Positions 31,368 through 47,389 of a DNA stretch of 64,000 bases are shown here, piece by piece. The notes beneath the pieces were generated by a model that made no database searches, was not told where the DNA came from, and worked only from the letters and a program-made list of their open reading frames with translations. The stretch comes from the human T2T-CHM13v2.0 reference genome, Homo sapiens, in NCBI RefSeq assembly GCF_009914755.1, contig NC_060926.1; one strand, given 5' to 3'. A program made the position numbers and the translations under genes. Every line of letters starts with the position of its first letter. The stretch's first letter is position 1.

Positions 31368-31444
31368 TACACAGAAACAAAATGTAGAGACTGGTGGGTG
31401 CCAGTTACACAGAAACAGAATGTAGAGACTGGTGGGTGCCAGTT
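31368..31444 (+). repeat. 38-bp tandem duplication (1 mismatch)
   Basis: TACACAGAAACA(A/G)AATGTAGAGACTGGTGGGTGCCAGT x2. Confidence 0.95.
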
Positions 31445-31557
31445 GCTGGGGGAGGAGGAATGGTGAACAATTACTTTTTGGCTATGGGGTTTCCTTTTAG
31501 GGTGATGAAAATATTTTCGAATGACATAGAGGTGGTGGTTGTACTACATTATAAATG

Positions 31558-32070
31558 CCAGCCTGGGCAACATGGCAAAACACTGTCTCTACAAAAAATA
31601 CAAAAAAGGCCAGGCATGGTGGCTCACGCCTGTAATCCCACCACATTGGGAGGCCGAGGCAGGCAGATCACTTGAGGTCAGGAGTTCAAGACCAGCCTGG
31701 TCAACATGGTGAAATCTGTCTCTACAAAAAATACAAAAATTAGCTGGGCATGGTGGCGGGTGCCTGTAATCCCAGCTACTCGAGAGGCTGAGGCAAGAGA
31801 ATCTCTTGAACCTGAAGGTGGAGGCTGCAGTGAGCAGAGATTGCACCACTGCACTCCAGCCTGGGCAACAGAGCGAGACTCCACCTCAAAAATAAAAACA
31901 AAAACACGAGCCAGGCATGTTAGCATATGCCTGTAGTCTCGGCTACTCAGGAGGGTGATATGGGATAACTGCTTGAGCCTGATAGGTCAAGGGTGCAGTG
32001 AGCCTTGAGCACACCACTGCACTCCAGCCTGGGCAACCAAGCAAGACTTTGTAAATAAATAAATAAACAA
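31558..32070 (+). mobile_element. 5'-truncated AluJ with a full AluS (31608-31907) inserted in its A-rich linker
   Basis: J left-arm end at 31558-31607, complete Alu, then J right arm resumes at 31908. Confidence 0.88.
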
Positions 32071-32892
32071 ATGTCACTGAACTGTTCACTTTTAAAATGA
32101 CTTTGTTATGTGAATTTCACATCAATAAAACGTTTTATATGCTGTTTAAAGAAATAATGGCCCCAAATCTTCCAAATTTGATGAAAACTTTAAATCCCCA
32201 AATTCAAGAAGTTCAATGAACTCTAAGTAGAAGAAACATGGAAAAAAAAAAGCCACATAATAAATTGCTGTGACACAGAAAATCTTAAATATAATCAGAG
32301 GGGAAAAAAGATAAACTACATACATACAACATAATTACTACAGCATATTTCTCCTTAGATACACCAAGGACAGGAAACAATGGAATCTGTTTAAAGTGTT
32401 TAAAAAAAAAAAACTATCAGTTTTTATATCCAGCAAAAATATCTTTCAAATATTATGGCAAATGCTTTTTCCAGATAACAAAAACTGAAAGGAAAGATTA
32501 GGCTTCAATATATGTTCACTACAAAAAAAAAGTCAAAAGAAAATTCTTCAGGCAGAAGAAAAATGATACCAGATGGAAAGCTGGATCTAGACAAAGAAAT
32601 GAAAAATATCAGAAATGGTAAATAAAATAAAATAAAAGATATTTTTCTCATGTTTAAATGTCTTTAAAATATGACTTTTAAAAGCAAAGATAACATGTTG
32701 TGGGGTATATAAAGTGAACATATGACAACAGCACAAAAGGGTAGAGAAAAAATGGATGTATGCTGTTGTCAGGATCTTACACTGTAAGAGAAACACTGTA
32801 TCATTATTTGAAGGTACAGCATGGTATATTAAAGATGTATATTGTAAACTCTAGAACAACTTAAAAAAGGAGACGAAATAAAATGGTATCAT

Positions 32893-33371
32893 TGTGATGG
32901 TTAATTTTGTGTCAACCTAACTGGGCCAAGGGATGCTCAGATATCCAGCTAAACATTATTTCTGAGTGAGAGTCAGCTAGGCTGTTTGTGGAAGAGATTA
33001 GCATCTGAACTGGTGAACTAAGTAAAACTGATTGGATAACATCCATCTGTCCAGCACCTAAATAGAACAAAAAGGCAGAAGATTGAATTAGTTCTCTGCC
33101 TCACTGCCTGAGCTGCAAAGTCAAGCTTTTCCTTACCTCAATGCCCCTGGTTCTCAGGCCTTCAGACTCAGACTAGAATTTATACCATCAGTTCTTCAGC
33201 TCTCAGGCCTTCAAGCTACAGCACCAGCTTTCCTGGGTCTCTAACTTAAAGACAGCAGGAACAGAACTTCTTAGCCTCCATAATCATGTGAGGCAATATC
33301 ATATAATAAATCTCTTTCTAGACATATGTATCTCCTACTGGTTATTTCTCTGGAGAAACCTGACTAATACA
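32893..33371 (+). mobile_element. MLT2 (ERVL) solo LTR
   Basis: TGTGATGGTTAATTTT...TCTGGAGAAACCTGACTAATACA termini; 5-bp TSD ATCAT/ATCAG. Confidence 0.88.
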
Positions 33372-33671
33372 ATCAGAAAGAATACTCAATCCCATGAAAG
33401 GCAGACAAATAGGTACAAAGAAAAAGCAAATGAGAAAAAAAAGAAAGTAAATAGTAAGAAGGCAGATTTAAAAGCAAACATTTTGAGAATTATACATTTC
33501 ATAATGCTAAAAAAGAGCCAATTCATCAGAAAGATGAAATCCAAAAACATACCAATCCTACACAAATTATTTCAGAAAGCAGAAAGGAAGGGTACTGTCC
33601 TGAACTCATTTTATGAAGCCAGCACTACTGTGATGCCAAAATCAGACAGTATCACAAAAAAAGAAAACTAT

Positions 33672-33979
<308 letters not shown>

Positions 33980-34923
33980 CTATATCTAATGTTTCTCTAT
34001 GACCAATAATGTAAAAATCCTTAAAAATATCTTAGCAAATTGAATCCAAAAATAAACACCATGACTGAGGATTATTCCAGCAATGGAAGGTTGGTTTAAT
34101 ATTCAAAACCAACGTGATTCACAACATTAACAGAGGAAAAAAAAAGAAAAAAACCACATGGCCAACCAAACAGACGCAATAAAAGCATCTGACAAATTGC
34201 AACATCCATTTTTGATAAAACAAGAGTAACTCAGCAAACTAGGACTATTTCTCTATCTATAAAAGGTTATCTACAAAAATTCTTCAAAAAGTGTCATATG
34301 TAATAAGATTCTCCCTAAGATTAGAACAAGATAAAGACATCTGCACAAATACAAAAGGGAAGACAAAAAAAAAAAAAAACAAAAGGTATACAGATTGGAA
34401 AGGAATAAACTGCCTTTCGTTGCAGATGACATAATTGTGTATGTACATAAATCCTAAGCAAATTACTAAAAAGCTATCAAAACTAATAAATGAATTAAGC
34501 AAGACGGCAAGATAAAAGGTCAATATACAAAAGTTAAATATATTTCATATTCTGGAAACATGGAAAATGAAATTAAGAATGCAGTTCCATTTACAAAATC
34601 ATCAAAAATACAAAATACTTAGAAACAGTTAATAAGAGATGTGCAGGGAGTACACATGAAGACTATAAGACATAGCTAAGAAAGAGATCTAAGAAAACCC
34701 AGCTATATTTGTTCATAGATCAGAAGGCTCAATGTTGTTAAGATGGCAATTCTTCCCATAATGATCTGCATATAGAAGACAATCCTAATAAAAATCCCAG
34801 CAGAATATTTTATAGAAATCAATAAACTAATTCTAAAATTCATATGGAGATGCAAAGAACCTAACAGCCAAGGGATCTGAATGAAAAACAACAATGGTGA
34901 AGGACTTAACAATATCTGACTTA

Positions 34924-35247
<324 letters not shown>

Positions 35248-35636
35248 CTAGTCATCAAAAGAGTGGTACTGGTGTAAGAACAGACAAATATCAATTGGAC
35301 AGAATAAAGTAAACACACACACACAATTTTCAAGAAAGGTTTCCAGGTAATTAAATGGGGAAAAAAAATCTTTGCAACAAATGATGCTACAACAACTGAA
35401 TAGCAATATGCAATTTAAAAAAAATGACATGAAGACTTGAATAGATATTTCACAACAAAAGATATGATTAACATCAAATAAACACATGAAAAGACATTTA
35501 ATATCACTAGACATTAGAGAAATGCAAGTTAAAACCAAAGTGAGATATTACTATACAGGCAACTGGCATAATAAATATGGCTATAATTTAAAAATGGACA
35601 CACAAAGTGTAACTGAAGATGTGGAATAAATGATTA

Positions 35637-36244
35637 TGTGGTGAACAGAATTCTTAGGTAGCCCTTTGAAATTCTGAACCCCTTGTATACATACTTTTTC
35701 TCCCAATTACTAAATCAAACACTCATCTAGTTACTGCTGCAGAAGGATTTTGCACATGTAATTAAGGTCCCAAATCAACCACCTCTGGATAAGATTTATC
35801 CAGGTGGCCCTGACCTGTAAGAGCCCTTTAAAAGCAATTTTCCCTGTGTGGTCTAAGAAGGTGAAAATGAAAGAGTCAAAGCAGGAGAGGAATTCAACAC
35901 AAGGGAAGTGGAGAGGCCACATGGCATTGAATGCAGGCAGCCTGACGGGGATAAGAGTGACCTCTAGTGAACAGGAGCAAGGAAACAGAGTGCTCAATCT
36001 CATAAGGGCAAAGAGCTGAATTCTGCCAATAACGTGAACAGCTTGGAAAGCAGACTTCCCCAGAACCTCCACAGGAGAACTTGGTCTGGATGGCATCTTG
36101 ATTTCAGCCTTGTGATACTCTGAAGGGAACCCAGTCATGCAGTGGTGAGCTTCTGATTTGCAGAACTATGAAATAATAAATGAGTGCTGTTTTAGACTAC
36201 TATGTTTATGGGAATTTGTTACACAGCAACAGAAAACTAATATC
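35637..36244 (+). mobile_element. MLT1D/E MaLR solo LTR
   Basis: TGTGGTGAACAGAATTCT start; GGATTTTGCACATGTAATTAAGG; end AATTTGTTACACAGCAACAGAAAACTAATA. Confidence 0.82.
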
Positions 36245-39200
36245 CAAACTTATAGTGTATGCGGCTAAAAATAAAAACACTGACATACCAAAGTGTTGGT
36301 GAAGATGTAGAGCAAATGAAAATTTTATATCTTGCTAGTGGGAACTCAAAATTGTACCGCTATTTCAAAAAAACAGTGTGTTGGACTCTTAGTGTAACCA
36401 GAAATGAAAACATGTCCACACAGAAATCTGTACTCACATGTCCACAGCAGCTTTATTCAGCTTTATTCTTAATAGACCAATCTGGAAACAACCTAAATGT
36501 CTTCAACTGGTGAACAGATAAACTGTTATATCCAGACAATGGAGTACTATTCGGTAATGAATAGGAAAAGACTACTAATACACCCAATAACATAATGAAT
36601 CTCAAAAGCAATATGCTAAGTAAAAGAAACCAGACACAAAAAGCTATGTGCTGTATGGTTCCATTTATAAATGCTACAAAAAAACAAACTACAGTAACTG
36701 AAAGTTAAGGTGTTGTGGGGTAGAGGGGGAGAACAGGGAGTGAACACAAAAGGGTACCAGGTAACATTTCAGGGTGATAGACCTATTCTACATCTTGACT
36801 GTGGTGATTACAAAACTATATACATTTATCAAGGCACATTAACTATGCACTTAAAACTAGTTAGTTTTTACCATAGGTAAGTTGTACCTCAATAAAGCTG
36901 ATTTTTATAACTCAAAATATTAAGGACCTTAGTCCCAAATATAATGGAATTGCTTAATACATAATTTTAGTCTCCAGTTTAGAAACAATCTCATCACTTT
37001 CTTTAAAACAATAAAGTTTCACAGCTGTCATATTATTCAAAATTCAAACTATATGGATTTATTTTTATAAGACACATTTCAAGGTAATGTATTCATAGCA
37101 AATAACATTTTCCAGATTAATCTTACAGAATCATGAGACACCAAAAACTATTTACACTTACAGTAATCTTGACATTTATAATTCATCCCTTAGTCTCCTT
37201 CCCTGATTTTAAACTCCATGAAGGCACCAACTGTCTTACTATCTTTTGATATCCTTTGCCAGATTTAACATTGTCCTAAATTTACTTTAAAGGAAGAATT
37301 TGATTAGGTGCATGGTAAAAGTCTGGAACGGTTTAAGTCCTAATTTAAGCATCAATGCGTTAAAGTACAAGGTTAGATTAAGGGCATTAGAAGACCCGAA
37401 TTCTTAAAAGTCCAGTTATTCAAGCACTTTAGATTTTCTCTTTCCTTTTGATGCTCACTTTTTATAATGAGTATTAAGCATTTGGATCTGCATACATTTT
37501 AAATAAGCAAACAGTACTCTAATACTGAAGTAATATTTATAGTTCACAAAGAGTCTATAACCAAATAAGGAAATGTTGTCATCTCTTAAACTCTACTAGA
37601 TAAAGATGTCTAAATATTCTGACTGCATATTCTCTGAAATATTCAAAGCTTTACAGAATGCATCTATAAAGTTTATTTTTATTCTTTCAAACCTTGTCAC
37701 TTTAAGATCAAAGTAACTCTAAACCAAAGAGAACCAAGTTTTTTCATTTCTTTGCCAGAAAATTTCTTTATTTTCCTGATTCCTACAGATCTGATCCCAA
37801 AACTGACAATCGTAATAGAATATTTTTTAAAAATGTTGAATAACATGAACTTGAAAAGTAAGTTATCTTAGGAATCAATCTAAATGTCTTTACCTGCTGA
37901 AAGCTTGATGACTGCACAATTAATGTAATTATCATAATGAAATTAATTTTTTCTAGGGTAAAGTCACTGACCATCTTAGTAACTGTTCTAGAACAGATTC
38001 TCCTTATTCTTAAATACAAAGCAAAAGGTGTTTGGATGCATGAATGTCGGGGACAGAAAAGATCAAAAGACAGAAACAAGAGATAAAAACCAATCATACC
38101 TATGACAGATCCAAGCTTCTTTAATGATTTTAGGAGGGAAAAAAAAAAAACCTTAAAATTTCTAGTCTGATAAATGCTGCCATAATTACAATCTATAACT
38201 TGAGTGAATCCATCCAGCAAATGTTTGAAGGCACATAATATGTTTAACTATTTTAAAGATCCTATTACTCACTTTGACAGTTAAACTATATTTCCTATTA
38301 AATGACACCTAAATTACCCCCATTCCTGTTTTTCCTTCTACTATTTAATGTTAACAACAATTTTTGTGTTTATCTTGTATTGTGCACAATTTCGCCGAAC
38401 TTATTCATTAGTACTTTTATTTTTTGTAGATTTCTTGAAAATTTTCTATGTAGATAGTCATACCATCTGCAAACGGGATCCGTTTTTCTTCTTTCCAATC
38501 TGTATGCCTTTATATTCTTTTCCTGCATTACTGCACTGACTAGAACTTTCAGCACTACGCTAAAAAGGGCAGAAATCCTTGCTTTGTTACAGATCTTACA
38601 GAGAAAGTACTGTCTTTTGCCATTAAGTATAATGTCAGCTGTAGGTTTTCACAGATGTTCTTTATTCAACTGATAACATTTCCCTCTATATTTTTCTAAG
38701 TTTTTGTTTTGTCTTGGGTTTTATTCTTTAGTCTATTAATATAATTATACAGACTAAGTTTCAAATAGTGAACCAGCCTTGCACCCATAAAACCACCATA
38801 ACTGATTATGGTGTATAATCTTTTAAAAATATTAACTCTATTTGTTAATGTTTTAAGGATTTCTGCATCTACACTGACATGAGGATGTTGGTCCATAGTT
38901 ATCTTTTTTGGATTTTGGTATCAAGGAAACAGGGCTACTCAAATTCTATTTCACACTGGAAGAGGTGTGATAGTTTGTGTTTAAGGAACTGGTTCATTAC
39001 TTCAAAGTTGTCAAATTTATGTATATAAAATTGGTCATAGTAACCCCTTATCTTTTTTCACATCTGCAGGGTCTACAGTGATGTCCCCTATTTCATTCCT
39101 GATAATGGTAATTTGTGTCTTATTACTTGTCAGTCTTACTGATGTTTTTGAAGAATGAGCTTTTTGTTTCAAAGGGTTTTTCTCTATTGTTTCTGTTTTT

Positions 39201-39584
39201 TATTTCATTTACTATTTCCTTCCTTCTGCTTGCTTCAGGTAGATTTTTCTCATCTTTTTTTCTAGGTTCTTGAAGTGGGAGCTTAGATTATTGATTTGAG
39301 GGGGCTTTTCTTTTCCTCTTCTCAAATGTGTGCATTTAGTGGTATAAATTTCCCTCTCTAAACTGCTTTAGTTGTATCCCACAACTTTGGTATGTTGTAT
39401 TCTTATTTTCATGAAGCTCAATGTATTTTTTAAAATTTCCCTTGAGACTTCCTCTTTCACTCATAGATTATTTGGAAGTGTTTAGAGATTTTCCAGGTAT
39501 CTATTATTGATTTCTAGTTTGATTCCACTTTGGTAGGAGAACACATTCTTTGATTTCAATTCCTTAAAATGTGTTTATGTTTTC

Positions 39585-39868
39585 TGGGGGGTTTTCTGAG
39601 ACAGGGTCTCACTGTCACTCAGCTTGAGTGTAGTGGCATGACATGGCTCACTGCAGCCTCAAATTCCTGGGCTCAAGTGATCCTCTCCCACCTCATCCAC
39701 TCAACTACAGGCATATGCCATCATGCTCAGCTAATTATTTTTTTTTTTTCATGGAGACTGAGTCTTGCTACATTGCCCAGGCTCGTCTCAAACTCCTGGC
39801 CTCATGCAATCCTCCCACCTTAGCCACCCCAAGCATTTAGGATTATAGGCATGAACCACCATGCCCAA
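39585..39868 (-). mobile_element. AluJ, diverged
   Basis: GCAGCCTCAAATTCCTGGGCTCAAGTGATCCTC. Confidence 0.85.
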
Positions 39869-40416
39869 ATGAGGTTTACTTTTATGGCCCAGGACATAAC
39901 TTTCCTTGGTATATGTTCTCTGGTCACTTGAAAAGATGAAGCATTCTATAAATTACATAGCACTGGTTGATTACATATGTTGAGTATCTTTCTATATCCT
40001 TGCTGATTTTCTTGCTTGGTTACTCCACCATTTATTGAGAAATAGGTGTTGACGTCTCCAATTATAATTTTGGACTTGTGTATTTCTCTTTTTAGTTCCA
40101 TCAGTCTTTTTTCATATATTTTGCAGTTCTACTGCTAACACATTTAAAACTGCTATGTCTTCTTAGTGGATTGATTAACCCTTTTATCATATAATGCCTA
40201 GTCACTGTCTCTGGTAACTGCTTTGTTATGAGGTCTACTTTATCTAATATTAAATATAACCATACCTGCTTTCTTTGGATTAATGTTTGCATGATACATC
40301 TTTCTCCTTCCTTTTACTTTCAACATGCCTATATTGTTACATTTAAAGTAAATTTCTTACAGAAATCATATGATTGGGTAATGTCTTTAATTGATTCTGC
40401 CAGTATGTTTAATTGG

Positions 40417-40516
40417 TGTGTGTGTGTGTGTGTATGTATGTGTGTATATATATATACGGGTGTGTGTGTATATGTGTATATATATGTGTGTGTATGTGTG
40501 TATATATGTGTGTGTG

Positions 40517-40583
<67 letters not shown>
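40417..40583. repeat. Compound (TG)/(TA)/(CA)n microsatellite at an Alu tail
   Basis: Directly visible; (CA)26 at 40525-40576. Confidence 0.95.
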
Positions 40584-40893
<310 letters not shown>

Positions 40894-41964
40894 TAAACAT
40901 TTTTTAAATTCCATTTTGATTTATCTATAATGCTTTTGCATGTATCTGTAGAGCTTCCTTAGTGGTTGCTCTATGTACATTACACAGATAACTTTTCACA
41001 ATCTCATTGGTATCATCATTTTACCCTCTCCCTGCTTACAGCTATCTTAAATATTTCCTCTACATACCTTTAGAACCACATCAGTATTGTAATTTTTGCT
41101 TCAACACTCAAACATAATTTAAAAACTCAAAAGGAGAATGTCTATTGTATTTACCCGTACTTTTACACTTTGAATTGTTCCTTCCTCTTTCCTGATGTTC
41201 CAAGATTCTTTCATCATACCCTTCTGTTTTCAGAATGTCTTTTGTTATCTTTCTAGGGTAAGTCTGCTGGTGACATACTCTCTTCATTTTCCTTCATATG
41301 TCTTGATTTCCCTTTCATTCCAGAAGGGTGTTTTCTCTAGATACAGGTTTCTGAGTTGACAGTCCTTTTCTTTCAGCACTTGAAAAATGTGAAATTTCCT
41401 TCTGATTAGAAACCTGCTATCATTTGAACTGTTTTCCACATCTACATGAAGTGTAATTTCTCTCGTGCTGATTTCAAGACTTGTCTTGTTTTTATAAGTT
41501 TTACTTTGAGATATCCTGGTCTGGATGTCTACAGGTTTATCCTGTTGAACATTCACTTGGCTTTTTAAAACTGTAGCTTAATGTCTTTTGCCAAATTCGC
41601 AAAATTTTCAGCCATTATTTCCTTAAGTACTTTTTCAATCCTGCCCTCTCTCTTCCTCTCCTTCTGTGACTCTAACGACACAAGTGTTAAATCTTTTTAT
41701 AGACTCATGGTTCCCTGAGGCTCTGCACATTTTTTTTTTCAGTCTGTTTACTGTTGTTCAGACTGGGTAACTACTTCTGCCTGCTAGTTCACTGATCTTT
41801 CCTCAGTCTGGTCTATTTGCTATTAAGCCTACTCACTGGGCTACTGTATTGTTTATTATATTTTTCAGTTCTAAAATTACTATTTGGTCTTTCTTTATGT
41901 CTTCTATTTCTTTGCTGAAGTTTTCTTTCTTTTTTTTTTCCTGTTTCATGTACGTCAGTTTTTT

Positions 41965-42518
41965 CTTTGAGTGACACAAGCTTGTTCATTTTTGAGAAAA
42001 TGTGTGCCAAATACTCAAGTGTGAATAATAGATTTTATTAGTTGTTCTCGCTAGTAGTTTTGGTATTCTATGAAAAAAAGCAGCTAGTTCAGCTTACAAA
42101 TCACACAAGTGCTTGTTTTTCCTCAAAACTACTATTACAATTTCACATGTACAAGTAGTGCTTTACACTTTTATCATTTTATCATGGAGATATTTAAAAT
42201 ACGTGTAGTTATTGGTTGAGATTTAACAAAATATTGCTTTATCAGTGATATTCTTAAGCAAAAGTGGTGTTTTTTAAAATTGCAAGTACACAGTAATAAA
42301 GAAAACAACTTCTAGTAAAGTAGGGTGCTTCTGTTTTGATTCATGCTAAGGTACCATCAAGTTTTACTAATGATTGCTTTTGCACCATCAGTATAAATAT
42401 AAACAGTCAAGACAGGTAATGTTTTAGTGTTATTATGAAAACAATTTTGACCTCATGTGCTCCCTAGAAAGTGTCCTGGGGATCCCCAAGTATCCATGAA
42501 CCACTCTGAAAATTGCCA
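41965..42518 (-). mobile_element. Charlie1-family hAT transposon fragment
   Basis: TTGTTCATTTTTGAGAAAATG..GCCAAATAC, TTGCTTTTGCACCATCAGT, TATTATGAAAA..TTTTGACCTC. Confidence 0.75.
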
Positions 42519-42541
42519 ATCTAATCTTAAGATCTTATTTA

Positions 42542-43017
<476 letters not shown>

Positions 43018-43065
43018 TCTTATTTAGATTTTGCCATTAGGGAGTATCAACATGTAAAGAACTGA

Positions 43066-43501
<436 letters not shown>

Positions 43502-44625
43502 TAATACATATCACAAAGATATCCTAGCCAGGCTACTATCTACTATAATCTACTATAATATACAATCACAAACACTTTCTTATTTGCTTATTCTTTCTTT
43601 CTTATTTCTTATTCACACAAAAGCAGACCACATTATTCTGAGTCTCTCTCTTGTAGAAAAATATTTCCTCAGTTACCACACAATTACTTTGGCTACGAAT
43701 GAGACAAGATTCTATCTTAACTAAGACCTAAATTAAATGCAAAGAGATGTTTCCACACATGGCATCAGTTTCTCATTAACTCACTATACTTTAAGCTCCA
43801 TGACAGCAAAGCACTTGCATGTTTTGTTTACTCTTCAGTTCATGATACAGAGAAAATAATAAATATCTTTGAATTATCATTAAATATGCTTTTATAAGTA
43901 ATTATTAAGTAAATCCCTTTTATTTCTTTGGGAAAATATATTGACTCCAGAACAACTGGAGTTTTAGCTTCAGATATAGTTCACTTGCAAGTGGATCTTC
44001 CTCTGCATGCCAACCTCAATTTTTCTAGGAATGAGACTTCCAATATTTAGGCAAATTCTCGAAATACTGAGTATTATGTCCCAAAATGTAAAAATAATAT
44101 TTTACAAACTGCTTAGTACACTGTAAGCAATCAATTAATAAATCCAAATATTCAAAATTAACACCTCACTCCCAAAGGTGTATTTCCCAAATCGCAGTAA
44201 TTTTTTTTTTAAGTCTACAAACAAAAAAAATCTGATAGCTTTTTTCTTCTGGTTTTCTTCTAACCATGGAATTTCTTTTCTACTATTCTTTAAGTTCTAA
44301 AATCCTTCAGATACCTCAGATAAACTAATTTACATTTCAATGACTTTTTTCAAACTGAACATAGAATAAATGTTGCTTTATCAAGTTTCAAAATTTTTTT
44401 TGTAGGTAGAAACTAATGGATCTAGAAAGTAATCCTTAAAAGTTAAAAGTTAACTCTGTGACTATAAACAGGGATGGAAAAAAGAAAGTTAACATTTACT
44501 GAATACAAAAAAAACAGAGAAATAACATTTACATGCTGAGCACTCTATTAGAGACTTTACATACATTATCTCATTTATCCTCCCAAACAATCCCCTGGGT
44601 AAACAGAGGTTATAAAGAAGCTTAA

Positions 44626-44942
<317 letters not shown>

Positions 44943-45707
44943 TCACGCAGCTGGGTAGTGGTAGAGACCAAATTTGAACTCAAGCTAATATAAATCCCAT
45001 AACATTCTTACCAACATATCATAAAGCCGCAGCCATTCTGTATTATGCAAGAGGAGCAAGAAGTTATTACAGCCATTTTCTTCTCATCTTAGAACACTTA
45101 AATTCAAGTGGCTTGTTACTGCCAACTCACACTGGCATAGCAATTTTAAATGTCTTCCATATATCTAAAACAGCAGTCACAATCGCAGAAACACGACAGT
45201 GAGAGGGTGTCAGGTGAAGACAGCTGAGGAGTAAAATGGATGAAAAACGTGAAATACTATTACATGGAAACTTTCCAACAACTTCCTGCAGGTAGCAACA
45301 ATAATTTGGTACTACTTTCTAATTTAAAAACATATATAATAACCCCCTCAAAAACCAGAAAATGATATATGTATGGCATTTTCAATAATTATAATTGAGA
45401 AAGTAATCTCAAAACAAGAAATAAAGTCCTAGCAATGGGACAGTTCAGATAATGATAAGATACCATATTGACTATGGCCATAGGAAATAGCTGAAGTAGA
45501 GAGAAAACTAAAGGTTAGTAAAATGGAGGTGGTCAACAAACACTAAGGCTAGAATGTCCATAAAGATGTAACCTGATGGTGGAACACAGAGGGAAAATGT
45601 GAGACAAGTACTTAAATTTTGAATGAAAAATTGAGTAACGAGAAAGATTTGAGTTAGCAATGAGAACAGATAAAGAATGGCTTAGCAGGAAAATGAAGAA
45701 TAATCTA

Positions 45708-46983
45708 TTATGGGTCAGCAAGCTTTGGCTTGCTGGTCAATAAGCCTACCACCTGTTTTGTTTTATTACCGCTTTATTGAAATATAATTTATATACCACA
45801 CAAACCATCCATCTAAAGTATACAACTCAATGGTTTTAGTACATTCAAACCATTGTGCAGCCATCACCACAATCAAATTTAGAGCATATTTATTACCCAC
45901 AAAAGCCTGTATCTACTGGCAGTCATTCCCCAACTCCCCCTCAGGCCAGCCCTAAGTAATCACAAATCTACTTTCTGGCTCTACATATTTGCCTATTCTG
46001 GATATTAAATACAAATGAAATTATACAATATATGATCCTGTATGACTGGCTACTTAGTCGAGTATTTTCAAGGTTAATCTAATGTGTTGTAACAAGTATC
46101 AACACACTTCTTTTTACTAATGAACATTTCATTCGTATGAACATACCATATTTATCGATTCATCAGTTAATAAACATTTGGACTGTTTCCATTTTTGGCC
46201 ATTATGAATAATGTTATTATGAACATTCATGTCCAAGTTTTTCACTTCATTTCACATGTTTCATTTCTTTTAGGTATATACCCAGGAATGGAATTACTAG
46301 GTCATATGGTAACTCTATGTTTGACATTTTGAGGAATTATTTTCTAATGCAGTTATAAACATTTACATTCCCACCAGCAAGGTTTGAGGGTTCCAGTTTC
46401 TCCACATCCTTGACAATACTTATCAGTCTTTTTTGATTATAACAATCCTAGTGGGTGTGAAGTGCTATCTCGACATTTTGATTTGCAATTCTCTAATGAC
46501 TAATGATGTTGAGCATCTTTGCATGCACTACTGACATCTTCATATCTTCTCTGGAGAAATACCTACTCAGAACCTTTGCCCACTTTTAAATTGAGTTGTC
46601 TTTTTATTGCTGAGTTATAAGAATTGTTTATATATCCTGAATAGAAATTTCTTATCAGATAACGATTTTGAGAAACTCCCCCTTTCTGAGAATTGTCTTA
46701 TTTTCTTGTCTTTTGAAGCTTAGATTTGTTAATTTTGATGATATACAATTTACCTTTTTTTTCTTTCATTGCTTGTGGTTTTGGTATCATATATATTAAG
46801 AAACTATGTGAACATGCGTTTGTAAAGTTTTATTGGCATACTGCCACACTCATTCATTTATGTACTGTCTATAGCTGCTTCACACTACAATGGCAGAGTT
46901 GAAATGGTGCAACAGACTGTATGGCTCCCAAGCCTCAAATATTTATTATCTGGTCCTTTGCAGAAAGAGTTTTCCAACTCATG
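45708..46983 (-). mobile_element. MER58A split (45708-45761 plus 46817-46983) by an L1MB-type 3' fragment (45762-46815)
   Basis: MER58A CCACCTGTTTTGT resumes as GTAAAGTTTTATTGG...CATTCATTTATGTACTGTCTATAGCTGC; L1 starts TTTATTGAAATATAATT. Confidence 0.8.
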
Positions 46984-47389
46984 ATCTAAAACAATGCCAA
47001 CAACTCCTAATTACCCCTAACCTAAAATGAACAGCTATGCTCCGCTTGAAAGAGCTTCGGGGAGACGATAACCTTCAGAGAGGAAGTAGAATTTTGGTTA
47101 CAGTAACTAGACAAAATTTTTGGTGAGGAGAATGACAACATGAGGGGATAGCTATGTACTGGTGAGGGAAGAGGTCAGTATAACATCAGAAGCCAGATAC
47201 AGCTTTTACTATTTAAGATCCCATCAGTAATCTGGGACCATTATTCAGAGTACCTAATAAAATACTGATGAGGTTGTTTTTACTATCATATGGCCTAGAC
47301 TCTGGTGATGGAAAGTAACCTAGGGCCAGGTTATAAAAACTTAAATGCCAGAGTAAGGAATGTGGCCTTTTTCTAGTATGCAAGAGCCA

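Noticed and set aside
37783-38220. 145-aa minus-strand ORF with CAG|GTAAAG at about 37890 as an extra PPP3R1 exon
   Set aside because: No similarity to calcineurin B or any domain I recognise, and no convincing pyrimidine tract/acceptor
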